A DNA stretch of 64,000 nucleotides from an archaeon (GCA_024275415.1 JAJRZD010000012.1:17796-81795), one strand, 5' to 3'. Counted from the stretch's first letter, positions 29,845 through 39,733 are shown. The notes: generated from the letters alone by a model not told the origin. Program-made: numbers and translations.

Positions 29845-31236
29845 CTACTGGACATCGACCTCGGTGGAGGTCTTGCCAGTGTCCCCAACAGATTCTTTGA
29901 GACGTTCGAAATCAGGGTCTATATTCGTGTACCTCAGGATTATCGCAGACACGATCAGAAATGGAGCGAAGAACGGCCCCCACCAAAGATATCCAAAGAG
30001 CTCACTGCCTGTGTTTATCACAGAGTAGTCCATGAACCATCCCAAGAGGAATGCTGACGCAGCCTGAAACAGATTCAAAGGTACTCCCTTGAAGCCCTCG
30101 TAGATTCCAGCCCTGCTCTGTCCAGTGACCAGCTCATCGACATGAGCTATGTCCGCAGGAACGATGTAGCTCATCAGATAATAGACCGCCATGCAGGCAG
30201 CCAGTGGGACAAAGTACAATGACGCCACGAGCACATTTGATATGAATGCCGAGAACTCCCCGAGGAATGGTGTCAATGACATCAATCCAGCAAGTGCCAA
30301 AAGCGAGTAGAACATTGGTTTCCCCTTTCCTACTTTTTTCACAAGCTTGACCCAGATGTACAAGAACACCATTATCGAAACAAGCAAAGCCATTGCTGGT
30401 GGAAGGAGCTTATCGATGCTGTCCAGCAGGAGAACCGACTGGGAGTATCCTACCACCTGAGAGGTAATAGCAGAGTAGCTGAACGACAGGAATCCTATAA
30501 TGAACATCCATTTCACATAAACGTCGTTCTTCAGTACCAGAGAGGTCTCTGCGATGAGGCTCCTCTTAGGTATCACAATATCGGGTTTTTCGCGGATGAG
30601 GGCGATGGATGGCAAGTAACAGAGAACCGTGATGATAGCAAATACCAGCACGATCATGAAACCAATCGAGGTTAGACCAGGCGTAGGGGACAAGACAAAG
30701 AGGAGAGGTGTCACGAACCCAATGACCACGCCCAGACCATTGGCAATCCAGTTCGCAGTGTTCTGCATACTAGACACCAGTGGACGTTCATCCTCATCGG
30801 TTATCTCGGGCATCCATGCTTGGAACGCTGTAAGCAAAAACGCATAGAAGAACTTGAAGGTGCATATCATCAAGAGATAATATCCAAATACCAACATCTC
30901 ATTGGCTGGATCCGCAGTATTGATGAACCAGTTCGGCACGAACAGCAAGAATCCAGTCACTGCAAGACCAGGGGCTCCTATCACAACGAAAGGCTTCCTA
31001 CGGCCCCAACGAGTGTCAATAGAGTCACTGAAGTATCCCGTGAGCCAGTGAGTCAGACCAATGACCACAAACGAAGCAGAAATAGCAATCCCATTGAGAA
31101 GCCAATTCAGCTCAAAGATTGTTCCGTAGATCCAGAAGGTAGTCAATCCAGCTAGGGACAAGAGGAAAGAAGAACCGAATCGACCCATGCCATAGGCGAA
31201 TTTCTTGTAAAAGGGGAGCACTCTACTACACCTCAT
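29845..31236 (-). CDS. MFS transporter, glycoside-pentoside-hexuronide (GPH):cation symporter family
   Basis: It has 12 TM helices. The GPH signature after TM2 is DTRWGRRKPFVVIG. Confidence 0.7.
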   Translation of the reverse strand: MRCSRVLPFYKKFAYGMGRFGSSFLLSLAGLTTFWIYGTIFELNWLLNGIAISASFVVIGLTHWLTGYFSDSIDTRWGRRKPFVVIGAPGLAVTGFLLFVPNWFINTADPANEMLVFGYYLLMICTFKFFYAFLLTAFQAWMPEITDEDERPLVSSMQNTANWIANGLGVVIGFVTPLLFVLSPTPGLTSIGFMIVLVFAIITVLCYLPSIALIREKPDIVIPKRSLIAETSLVLKNDVYVKWMFIIGFLSFSYSAITSQVVGYSQSVLLLDSIDKLLPPAMALLVSIMVFLYIWVKLVKKVGKGKPMFYSLLALAGLMSLTPFLGEFSAFISNVLVASLYFVPLAACMAVYYLMSYIVPADIAHVDELVTGQSRAGIYEGFKGVPLNLFQAASAFLLGWFMDYSVINTGSELFGYLWWGPFFAPFLIVSAIILRYTNIDPDFERLKESVGDTGKTSTEVDVQ

Positions 31237-31337
31237 TTGCTGTACGCTAATCGATGAAGAAATGTTCTCGAAGATATAAATCTACGGAGTAGCAATCCGT
31301 GACCAATGAGCGGCGTAGAACTCGCTGTCCAGGTATA

Positions 31338-31820
31338 TTAGGTATGTCTATGCCCATTATGAAGCTCATTCTTGTATGCCCTTGCACAGTGGACGCAGCA
31401 GAATCCCAGTGTCACTCCATCAACCTCCTCATAATGCGCCCCATCATAGACCCTCGCACCGCAACTTGCACAGGTGGACAGTGAAGGTTCCAGTGCGGAA
31501 ACCGTTATGGCTGCAAACCGTTTGAATAGCCGATTCGTGAACTCGACTCCTTTCTTAGTCAGCGAGTATACAATCTTCGGTCTCTTTCCCGATGATGCAT
31601 CAGACTTGGTGACAAGCCCACGAGCCTCCAGCTTCTGTAAGAATGGGTAGAGCGTGCCCGCGCTCAATGAATTGCCTGTGCGGTTCTTGAAGGCTCTCAT
31701 TATCCCATAGCCGTGGAGTGGGCCTTCATGCAATAGCATCATGATATAGAACTGTGAGAAGTCTGAAAGGATTGAAGAGATCTCGCTACCGGAAGAGTCC
31801 TTTGGTTCACTGTCATTCAT
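31338..31820 (-). CDS. PadR family transcriptional regulator with C-terminal Cys4 zinc ribbon
   Basis: The PadR wHTH block is YIMMLLHEGPLHGYGIMRAFKNRTGNSLSAGTLYPFLQKLEARGLV. The C-terminal Cys motifs are CASCGAR and CCVHC. Confidence 0.75.
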   Translation of the reverse strand: MNDSEPKDSSGSEISSILSDFSQFYIMMLLHEGPLHGYGIMRAFKNRTGNSLSAGTLYPFLQKLEARGLVTKSDASSGKRPKIVYSLTKKGVEFTNRLFKRFAAITVSALEPSLSTCASCGARVYDGAHYEEVDGVTLGFCCVHCARAYKNELHNGHRHT

Positions 31821-31851
31821 TCTTAAGCCTCATAGGAAGTCACACTGATAG

Positions 31852-31878
31852 GATATATCTATACGGATATATATATCG
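31852..31878 (-). promoter_or_regulatory. AT-alternating imperfect inverted repeat (gatatatctatacggatatatatatcg) 32-58 bp upstream of padR start; putative TATA/BRE promoter and/or PadR operator
   Basis: Read in the intergenic region between the GTPase stop and the PadR start. The spacing is compatible with an archaeal leaderless promoter. Confidence 0.3.
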
Positions 31879-31914
31879 GTATTGATGTGGCACCTTTGAT
31901 GGTGAGAAATATCT

Positions 31915-32502
31915 TCACCCAATAAAATGATTGCTTTCCTTCGTTTCTTGAGATTCAGACATCATCCTTAGAAGGTCATTGAAAGTACTCTCGATATTAT
32001 ATCCTGTCTTAGCTGAGGTTTCCTTGAAGACCGCAGGAACGCCCAGTTTCTCGATGAAATACTCTGTGAACTTCCGTCCTTCGTCGGCAGTTACACGTTC
32101 CTCCTCTGGAACCGTTTCACGAAGGTCTGTCTTGTTACCTACAATGACTGTAGGTGGTAGAGGTCCCATATTCTTGTAGGCCTCTACTAACCACTTGCTC
32201 GCGTTGTCAAAGGAGTCCCGATCCACTGTGGAATAGACTAGAATGATACCATTGCAGCCGTGGTAGTAATGTCCTCGAACCTGTTTAAATGATGGCTGAC
32301 CAGCAAGATCCCATATTATGAATTTGACGATCTCATTATCGAACAGGACTCGTTTCGTGGCGAGGTCAACACCAATGGTTGCGATGTGTCCTTCAATGAA
32401 CTCATCTCCGAGATAGTTACGTCTAATCGATGTCTTACCTACCGCACCATCCCCAATTAGGACAGCTTTCATTATTTTTGAGCCATCATCTTGATCTCTC
32501 AT
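31915..32502 (-). CDS. Ras-superfamily small GTPase (Rab/Ras-like)
   Basis: G1 is GDGAVGKT. The switch I Thr is in TIGVD. G3 is WDLAGQ. G4 is GNKTD. G5 is ETSAK. There is no C-terminal prenylation motif. The likely start may be the internal ATG at 32472 (MKAVLIGDG). Confidence 0.85.
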   Translation of the reverse strand: MRDQDDGSKIMKAVLIGDGAVGKTSIRRNYLGDEFIEGHIATIGVDLATKRVLFDNEIVKFIIWDLAGQPSFKQVRGHYYHGCNGIILVYSTVDRDSFDNASKWLVEAYKNMGPLPPTVIVGNKTDLRETVPEEERVTADEGRKFTEYFIEKLGVPAVFKETSAKTGYNIESTFNDLLRMMSESQETKESNHFIG

Positions 32503-32624
32503 ATGGACGAATCCTCTCTCAATTTGGATACCCTTTCAAATATATCCGGCATAGCAATCCTTTGTACTATAGCTTTGGCATCCTACAAAATAAAGGTTAG
32601 TGTCTTTCAGTCCGAGCTGTAATA

Positions 32625-33881
32625 TTACGAGCCTATTCCTTCCAGTATTTTGCCTATTCTCTGTGAGAACCTTCGAGGTGTAACTGAATTGCACCTGACA
32701 TTTGTGCATTTGTGAAATGTAGCAAAGTTCTCAAGTCCCTTGCACAGCCTTGCAACCCCATCATCGGTCTGCAGTCTGTCATCTTCAAGGTAGAGTGATA
32801 CAAGTTCGAGGACGCCAGTCTTTCTGTGTACTTTCGCGTCAACACGCCCACGCAATTCGTCTTGGTCAAGGATTGGCAGAACGAAATAGCCATACTTGCG
32901 CTCCGCAACAGGCACATAGCATTCGATGCGATAGTCAAAGTCCCATAAAGTCTTGGGATAGTGTCTTTCTCTGAGGATATTATCAAAAGGGGTCAGAATC
33001 TTCACAGGCTCATCCGCCACGGGGACAGGATCTTTCTCGATACGCGAAGTATAGTTGCTGTGCACAAAATACTTGCCGCTTTGTCCAAAGTCAATCTCTT
33101 CCAAGAGGTCGCCGCACAAATCTGCGAGGTCTGCTTCGATGTTTGCTTTTCTATTCTGCCAGAGATGTCGTGCGGTCAACCTGCCCGTGTAGAGTTGTAT
33201 ATCACGATAATCAGCCACACCCAACGAGCGGAACACCAAATCGATTACAAAGCGGGGGATATCCTCTAGCGGCATCGGTTCAGTATCTATCCCTGCAGGA
33301 ACAACGCGTTCTGTGATATCATAGTATTTCTGAAATCCCTCTCGATAAGCAACCATCAGTCGGCCTATGTTCATCAGGTATTCCAGAGCACGCTTCTCGT
33401 GTTTCCAATCCCACCAGCTCTTGCTTTTTGACTCTATACGACCAATATCCTTACTTCGTGTAGGCCCATCTTGCTTGACTTTCTTGTAGACTGCCTCGAC
33501 GATATCGCTGTGCTCAAGACCCCACCTGACGAACCAGCCAGTCTTCTGCTCTCGCATCCTTGCCATCTTCCACGAATAGAAGGAGAACGTATCCATCGGG
33601 AGAAGGCACATAGCATGTGACCAGTATTCGAATAGATTGCCCTTTCGTTCTTCTTTCCAGACAGCACCTTCTTCGTAATCTTGGAAACGGTTGAAGACTA
33701 TCAAATTGTGGCTACGACTCACGACCGAGATTGTATCGATCTGGATATTGTGGATGCGGCGCGCCACCTCGATGATTGAGGTACACGGCTTCCTAGTCCT
33801 GAGACCCTGTGTTTCTAGAATGAGCCTTCTTACCTGTTCAGGGGATGCCACAATCATAACAACCTGAAAACGAAACCTCAT
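32625..33881 (-). CDS. YcaQ/AlkZ-like winged-helix DNA glycosylase family protein (HTH_42)
   Basis: IQIDTISVVSRSHNLIVFNRFQDY and ECYVPVAERKYGYFVLPILDQDELRGRVDAKVHRKTGVLELVSLYLE align closely with E. coli YcaQ (LQIDTINIVARSPYLVLFSRLGNY; ECYTPAPKRQYGYFVLPLLHRGQLVGRMDAKMHRQTGTLEVISLWLQ). Confidence 0.8.
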   Translation of the reverse strand: MRFRFQVVMIVASPEQVRRLILETQGLRTRKPCTSIIEVARRIHNIQIDTISVVSRSHNLIVFNRFQDYEEGAVWKEERKGNLFEYWSHAMCLLPMDTFSFYSWKMARMREQKTGWFVRWGLEHSDIVEAVYKKVKQDGPTRSKDIGRIESKSKSWWDWKHEKRALEYLMNIGRLMVAYREGFQKYYDITERVVPAGIDTEPMPLEDIPRFVIDLVFRSLGVADYRDIQLYTGRLTARHLWQNRKANIEADLADLCGDLLEEIDFGQSGKYFVHSNYTSRIEKDPVPVADEPVKILTPFDNILRERHYPKTLWDFDYRIECYVPVAERKYGYFVLPILDQDELRGRVDAKVHRKTGVLELVSLYLEDDRLQTDDGVARLCKGLENFATFHKCTNVRCNSVTPRRFSQRIGKILEGIGS

Positions 33882-33971
33882 TTAAGTAGAGTTCTCTCTG
33901 TAGAGGCAAGTATTCACAGACATTGGCTGAAAAGTCGCTCGCGAACGGACATAGGTGAGTCTTGCCGGATA

Positions 33972-34445
33972 CTAAGTCTGATAGTATTCAAGATGGACAT
34001 CAATGGCTTGCAAGCCCTGTGCCGTACTTGTTGCCTCACAGCCCAGAACGTAATCTTCGAATTCGGCAATATCAGCAGGGGAGTCGCACCAAAGACCACC
34101 CGGCCCGAGGTCACGAAGCTGGTGGGTTGGCTCGTATTTTAGTGTCAGCGAAAGTTGCCATATTTCGCTCTCAACCGATGTCCCATATTCGCTCGTGTGT
34201 TTCACAGGAAAGATGAACTGACGAGTTATGTTGTAGTCGAAAACCTCGCCTTTCCCCCAATCATATGTCCCCCACTGGAACAGCAACATATCGCCGTCAT
34301 CTTCAATGACGCAGTTTTCAGCTCGGATCTCCTTGTAAAACTCGATTATCAATTTGACAGCATCGATTGGCTTCAACGCCTTTAGTTCAGCACCCTTCGT
34401 CTTCATGAATACCTGAAACTCTTGTAATGCATTTTGCGCTAACAT
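33972..34445 (-). CDS. Hypothetical protein (157 aa, acidic, no recognisable motif)
   Basis: It is an ORF only. It sits in a same-strand run with the upstream genes. Confidence 0.3.
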   Translation of the reverse strand: MLAQNALQEFQVFMKTKGAELKALKPIDAVKLIIEFYKEIRAENCVIEDDGDMLLFQWGTYDWGKGEVFDYNITRQFIFPVKHTSEYGTSVESEIWQLSLTLKYEPTHQLRDLGPGGLWCDSPADIAEFEDYVLGCEATSTAQGLQAIDVHLEYYQT

Positions 34446-34722
34446 CTATCTCACTCATCTCTAGAACCAATGGATTCTCTATACATCCACATCCTATTGG
34501 TGCTTCAATCAACGTAGTGATATAAGGAATGTTATGAGGCGACTCCAGACCTTGTATCAAGCGATGATATCCATTTGGTAATGATATCAAAGCATTTACC
34601 GACACAATGTAACCATCGTCCGAAAGCCAGATATGGTTTCGAAAAATGGAACGCATTGAACACGGAGAGTCTTATATGCTGTGGGGAATAGCCAAACCCA
34701 GAGATATTCAGAAGGTCGTTAG

Positions 34723-37620
34723 GTGAAGCGTGTACTGTTGCTCCTAGGGCTAGTTCTGTCGCTAGTAGCCCTAGGAATACCTATCTGTCCCGACAGAGTG
34801 CCCGATGAACAAGTTGCCAAACCAGTCGCCACCCCAGAGGAGTTTGTGGATGTCGGCGAGAAGAAGGATGTGACGATCAGGTTCGAAAGGGAGTTGACTG
34901 TAAATGAGATTGAAAATTTCCGGAGGCAGGGAATCTATTTCGATGAAGACCCGAAACACATCGGGGATGTATACCTAGCACGGGCATCTGATGTGGCTCT
35001 GGAATATCTGGAAAGGAATCCTATATTTGAAAGGGCCGAACCTCTCAAAAGATCATTCTACCAGTTGCCTAGGGACGTTTCAGCAGGTGAAACTTTTACA
35101 AATCTGACTTGGAACATAAAAGACGGCCAAGGACTGAATCTCACGGGAAAGGACATCATGATTGCCGACCTCGATACTGGGATACAGTGGAGGCATCCGG
35201 ACTTCCTCTTTCCTGATGGCGGCGAATACAGCTGGTTCGATGTGTCAATCAATTGGGTCTTTGATAATGGCACGGACGGGATCGATACCAACGGTGACTT
35301 GTCGATATCTGCGAAAGAAAAGCTCTATTCCATCGACACTGACAACAACTCCGTATTTGATATGGAGTACGATTGGCTCTGGATGGACAACGGGTCTAGC
35401 ATTGGTGTGATAGATGATGGTGACTCCTTCTTTATCGTGAACGATACGAACTCTGACGGTAATTTCGATTCAGGAGATACCCTCGTCGGACTGAAGACGC
35501 CAAAGACGAAGTACATCGTACACAAACCAAGTGGGAGCATCCAAGTCTGGGATCGCGACGTCAACTTGACCTCTAGCACATACTACGATACAGATGGCCA
35601 TGGCACAGGGGTTGCCGGCATATTGAATGGGGGACACCTTGGATTCAGTAGGCAATTCGTCGGCATGGCCCCAGATGCGGAACTCATGGCAATCAACATA
35701 TTCGGCTCAGATGGACTCTCGGTCGAAGAGGGTTTGATATGGGCCCGAGACCATGGTGCAGATGTCGTTCTGATCGAGGTCGGGTCGTGGACATACGACT
35801 TCTTGGATGGCTCAAGTAATGCTGAAGCTATGATAGACTCATTAACGGAACAAGGAATCCCAGTGATTGTGCCAGCAGGGAATCTAGGTGGGGCAAAGAG
35901 ACACACTGACACGGCGATAACTGGTAATGTCACTCTTACAGAGCAGTTCGGCGCACCAACTGGGACAGGCATCGGCACTTTTTACATAACGCTCCTGTGT
36001 GACCAGTTGCTAGATAATGCAAAGGTCAATATCACTGAACCCACATCAAGTGGCTCGCTGACCCATCAAATCTCCTTGGGAAGCGGTTATAATTCGTGGT
36101 CGTCCATATCAACACCTAACGTAACTATCTGGGCATTCGTCGCTAATTCCACGAAACCTGGAAATCACATGATTGCCATTGCTATATCGGGCACAATAGA
36201 AGATACACAGTTGTGGTCTGTAGATATCCAAATCCAGACGACCGGACACATTCATTTCTATATCTCTGATGATGCAACCTCGTGGAGCGGAGGTGCATAT
36301 TGGAACACTTCGACAAACACGCATTTGATCACATGGCCTTCTACAGCAGACACTGCAATATCCGTGGCATCATATATGTCCCGAAATCTGTGGATTCCTG
36401 GCTATGGTCAGATTGCCCCCTATTCAGCTGTCGGTCCAAGGATTGACGGGACGCCAAAAATATCAGTTGCGGCCCCGGGTGGATGGGACATTGTTTCGGC
36501 ATGGTCCAATGACTCTGCATGGGCAAGTTGGATGACTGGGAAAGGAGGACTGCCCCTATATCCACGCTTTGGCGGGTATCAGCTCTTCAGCGGCACATCA
36601 GCGGCAGGACCACATGTCGCAGGAGCTGCTGCATTGGTTCTTCAGCTCGATATTACCCGAAACCTCAGAATGAAAGATATCATAGAGGCATCTGCATACC
36701 AGGACATCTACACAGGAAACCTTGCAAGATACCCGGCAATTCAAAATTCAACAGTCTGGGGTTATGGCAAGCTCAACGCCTGTGCAGCTGTAGAAGAAGT
36801 GATGCAATATCCTGTCATTAATGACCTCTTGCATTCACCTTCAAGTCCAGAATACAACGATACAGTCACAGTGACAGCGAATGTTTCAAACGCGGACTAT
36901 GTTGGAATTCATTGGACGACTAACAATTGGACAACAGGCTACGACGCTAACATGACATTCACAAATGGTTTGTACGTATTCGACATACCAGAGTATCCGT
37001 ACGGGACTCGTGTTGACTATAAGATCACCCCGGTGAATACGTCTGCCCTGATGAATCCAGAACAGTCGAGTTGGTATACAGTTGGGGACATGACCCCACC
37101 AATAATAGACCTCTTTGCTCACAATGCTTCAAGTAGTGTGTTCGATAATACTAGCGTACACGTATCCGTGCTTGTATCAGAACCGCCCGGGTCGTCAGGA
37201 ATAGATTCAGTCGTCCTTGAGGTTTCAGTGGACAACTGGGTCACACTGACGACTACAGTCATGGTATCCAACGGGACACACTATGAGGGGACGATTCAGC
37301 CTCACACGTATCCTGCTACTGTCACGTTCAGAGTCGCTGTCAACGACTCTGCTGGAAACAGTAAGGCAAGCTCAGAAGTCACCTATACGATTGAGGAGTC
37401 TGGCTCTACTACGACGACTACCACTTCGACCACTACTACAACTACGACCACAACAGATACCTCGACTACAACAACGTCCGACACAGACACGACTGGGCCT
37501 GGCTCGACAACACCCACAATTGGGATAACTGACTGGATACGTGAGAACATGCTCGTGATGCTTGGAGCAGCATTTGCAGTGTTCATCATCGTGTTAATCA
37601 TGGTAGTTCGCAGAAGATAA
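34723..37620 (+). CDS. Secreted subtilisin-like S8 serine peptidase with C-terminal Ig-like domains, Thr-rich linker and C-terminal TM anchor
   Basis: GTG start with signal peptide MKRVLLLLGLVLSLVALG. The triad is IADLDTGI (Asp), DGHGTGVAGI (His), SGTSAAGPHVAGAAALV (Ser). The C-terminus is 40-aa T/S-rich, then ...TTGPGSTTPTIGITDWIRENMLVMLGAAFAVFIIVLIMVVRRR. Confidence 0.85.
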   Translation: MKRVLLLLGLVLSLVALGIPICPDRVPDEQVAKPVATPEEFVDVGEKKDVTIRFERELTVNEIENFRRQGIYFDEDPKHIGDVYLARASDVALEYLERNPIFERAEPLKRSFYQLPRDVSAGETFTNLTWNIKDGQGLNLTGKDIMIADLDTGIQWRHPDFLFPDGGEYSWFDVSINWVFDNGTDGIDTNGDLSISAKEKLYSIDTDNNSVFDMEYDWLWMDNGSSIGVIDDGDSFFIVNDTNSDGNFDSGDTLVGLKTPKTKYIVHKPSGSIQVWDRDVNLTSSTYYDTDGHGTGVAGILNGGHLGFSRQFVGMAPDAELMAINIFGSDGLSVEEGLIWARDHGADVVLIEVGSWTYDFLDGSSNAEAMIDSLTEQGIPVIVPAGNLGGAKRHTDTAITGNVTLTEQFGAPTGTGIGTFYITLLCDQLLDNAKVNITEPTSSGSLTHQISLGSGYNSWSSISTPNVTIWAFVANSTKPGNHMIAIAISGTIEDTQLWSVDIQIQTTGHIHFYISDDATSWSGGAYWNTSTNTHLITWPSTADTAISVASYMSRNLWIPGYGQIAPYSAVGPRIDGTPKISVAAPGGWDIVSAWSNDSAWASWMTGKGGLPLYPRFGGYQLFSGTSAAGPHVAGAAALVLQLDITRNLRMKDIIEASAYQDIYTGNLARYPAIQNSTVWGYGKLNACAAVEEVMQYPVINDLLHSPSSPEYNDTVTVTANVSNADYVGIHWTTNNWTTGYDANMTFTNGLYVFDIPEYPYGTRVDYKITPVNTSALMNPEQSSWYTVGDMTPPIIDLFAHNASSSVFDNTSVHVSVLVSEPPGSSGIDSVVLEVSVDNWVTLTTTVMVSNGTHYEGTIQPHTYPATVTFRVAVNDSAGNSKASSEVTYTIEESGSTTTTTTSTTTTTTTTTDTSTTTTSDTDTTGPGSTTPTIGITDWIRENMLVMLGAAFAVFIIVLIMVVRRR
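37380..37500 (+). repeat. Low-complexity ACN/ACG codon run encoding Thr/Ser-rich linker
   Basis: actacgacgactaccacttcgaccactactacaactacgaccacaaca... It lies inside the S8 peptidase CDS. Confidence 0.8.
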
Positions 37621-37672
37621 AGAATGGTCTGCCTCGCCTTGGATGGAAAATCGAAGGAGAGGAGATGCTTCT

Positions 37673-39733
37673 TTATACCAAGTCAAGGGTGTCGAGTATG
37701 AACGCATAGATAAAGGCAAAGTCCTTCATGTAGTCGTATCTGCCACTTGCGCTGAAGTGTCCCGTTTCCATCTTGGTCTTGAGCAATAGCAGGTTGTTGT
37801 CTGTCTTCAGAGCACGGAGCTTTGCAGTCCATTTCGCAGGTTCCCAGTACTGCACTCTGGGATCGTTATAGCCGGCTGTGACGAGTATCGCTGGGTAGTC
37901 CTTTGCCTCAACATTATCGTATGGCGAGTATTCAATCATCCAGCTGAACTGTTCTTCGACCTTGGGGTTCCCCCATTCATTGAACTCGAAGGTCGTGAGT
38001 GGGATCGACTCGTCCAACATGGTGTTTATGACATCGACAAAAGGCACAGAAGCGACGACACATTTGAACAGGTCGGGACGCATATTAGTGACAGCACCCA
38101 TTAGGAGACCTCCGGCACTCCCACCATAAATTGCCAGTCTGTTGCTGGACGTGAATTTCTGTTCAATGAGATACTCAGCACAAGCAATGAAGTCTGTGAA
38201 GGTATTCATCTTCTTCGCCAATTTGCCTTCGTGATACCACGGTTTCCCATATTCGCCGCCACCGCGTATGTGAGCGATGGCAAAAATAATCCCCCTCTCA
38301 ATCAATGATAGGCGCTTGAAGTCGAAATGGGGATCCATCGGGTACCCGTAAGAGCCGTACCCGTAGAGAAGCAAAGGGTTCGAGCCGTCCATCTTCGTCC
38401 CACTCTTGTAGGCAAGAGAGATTGGTATCTTTGTGCCGTCTGGAGCTGTTGCATACCTACGCTCAGTGATGAACTGTGAAGGGTCGTAGTTCTTAATCTC
38501 CTCGACCTTCTTCAACTCCAGTTCTCGGGTTGCCATATTGTAGTCATAAGTCGTCTGAGGGGTGACGGGCGAGCTGAACACAAATCGATAGATGTCAGAC
38601 TCGAACTCATAATGACCGATGGGACGGATGCCATAGATGTCTTCAGGAAACTTGACATCATGTAGTTCGCCATTCGAGAGGTCGTAGACCATCAGGTTCG
38701 CGTAGCCCCCTTGTCGCTTCTGTATCACGAGGAAGTTTTGGTACGCCTCTACAGAGTTCAGGCGGACATCGGGGTCGTGTGGGATGATCTCATCCCAATG
38801 CTCAGGTGCCACCTTTGAAACGGGGGTTCTCATCAGTTTGAAGTTGATCGCACCGTCCGCGCTTGTCAAGAAATAGAAATACCCGCTGTGGTGGTCAATA
38901 TTGAACTCGATACCCCGAGTCCGCGGAAAGAAGACTTCCAAATCCAGTGAAGGCTCTGACAGGTCGATGTACCTGATCTCATTGGTTTCAGAGCTGGATG
39001 CTGAGATGGTGATGAAGAGATACTTCTTGTCCTTCGATTTGGACATTCCCAGAAGGAAGGTTGTGTCCTTCTCCTCGTAAATCCTGATGTCATCTGATTG
39101 AGAAGTCCCCAGCCTGTGAAACAATACCGCATAAGGACGGTGGATGTCGTCAAGCTCCGTGTAGAAGATTGCGTCATTGGTGAGGGCCCATTGGATTTGT
39201 CCGCCCACACCTGTTATCGTGTCGAGGGTTTCACCACTCATCAAATCCACAATCCGAGTTTCGTAGGTCTCTCCACCTGTGAAGTCAACAGAATATGCCA
39301 TCTTTGATTGGTCAGGACTTATCTTCCATGTGCCAACACTCATGTACTTCCTGCCTTCAGCCAAGGCGTTCTCGTCAAGGACGATCTCCTCCTGCGCGTC
39401 AAGACTTTTATATTTCCGGCAATGGATACGGTAGTTCTTCCCTTCCTCAGTTCGCGAATAATAGTAGTAATCACCATACCTCATGGGCACAGACTCATCG
39501 GTTTCTTTGATTCGCCCTTTCATCTCTTGGAATAGGAATTCTTGTAGGGTTTCGGTGTGTTTGGTCATTTCCTTAGTGTAGAAGTTCTCGGCTTCTAGGT
39601 ACTCGATGACCGCAGAGGTGTCCTTTTCTCGTAGCCAGTAATAATCATCAGTGAATGTTCGTCCGTGCAGCTCGAATGTACGAGGCTCTTTTTTTGCGAT
39701 AGGCGGAGATGTCATGGCACCGCAATTGTCCAA
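37673..39733 (-). CDS. ptrB: Oligopeptidase B / prolyl oligopeptidase family S9A serine peptidase
   Basis: An N-terminal beta-propeller is present. The nucleophile motif is IYGGSAGGLLMGAV. The catalytic His is in ETGHFSASG. The ORF is 686 aa. Confidence 0.85.
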   Translation of the reverse strand: MDNCGAMTSPPIAKKEPRTFELHGRTFTDDYYWLREKDTSAVIEYLEAENFYTKEMTKHTETLQEFLFQEMKGRIKETDESVPMRYGDYYYYSRTEEGKNYRIHCRKYKSLDAQEEIVLDENALAEGRKYMSVGTWKISPDQSKMAYSVDFTGGETYETRIVDLMSGETLDTITGVGGQIQWALTNDAIFYTELDDIHRPYAVLFHRLGTSQSDDIRIYEEKDTTFLLGMSKSKDKKYLFITISASSSETNEIRYIDLSEPSLDLEVFFPRTRGIEFNIDHHSGYFYFLTSADGAINFKLMRTPVSKVAPEHWDEIIPHDPDVRLNSVEAYQNFLVIQKRQGGYANLMVYDLSNGELHDVKFPEDIYGIRPIGHYEFESDIYRFVFSSPVTPQTTYDYNMATRELELKKVEEIKNYDPSQFITERRYATAPDGTKIPISLAYKSGTKMDGSNPLLLYGYGSYGYPMDPHFDFKRLSLIERGIIFAIAHIRGGGEYGKPWYHEGKLAKKMNTFTDFIACAEYLIEQKFTSSNRLAIYGGSAGGLLMGAVTNMRPDLFKCVVASVPFVDVINTMLDESIPLTTFEFNEWGNPKVEEQFSWMIEYSPYDNVEAKDYPAILVTAGYNDPRVQYWEPAKWTAKLRALKTDNNLLLLKTKMETGHFSASGRYDYMKDFAFIYAFILDTLDLV

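Noticed and set aside
31915-32502. Considered calling the GTPase an Arf/Sar or MglA-type protein
   Set aside because: Its switch I TIGVD, WDLAGQ and ETSAK motifs are Rab/Ras-like rather than Arf-like (the GxxxxGK(S/T) context and an N-terminal amphipathic helix are missing). MglA has a divergent G3. I kept the generic Ras-superfamily call.
34387-34656. 89-aa - strand ORF between the 157-aa hypothetical and the S8 peptidase
   Set aside because: It overlaps the upstream gene by ~60 bp and has no motifs. The region is more likely promoter space for the divergent S8 gene.
37283-37528. 81-aa + strand ORF (MRGRFSLTRILLL...RLQQRPTQ...) overlapping the S8 peptidase
   Set aside because: It is an alternative frame of the Thr/Ser low-complexity linker (ACN codons read out of frame give Pro/Arg/Leu/Gln runs), so it is not an independent gene.
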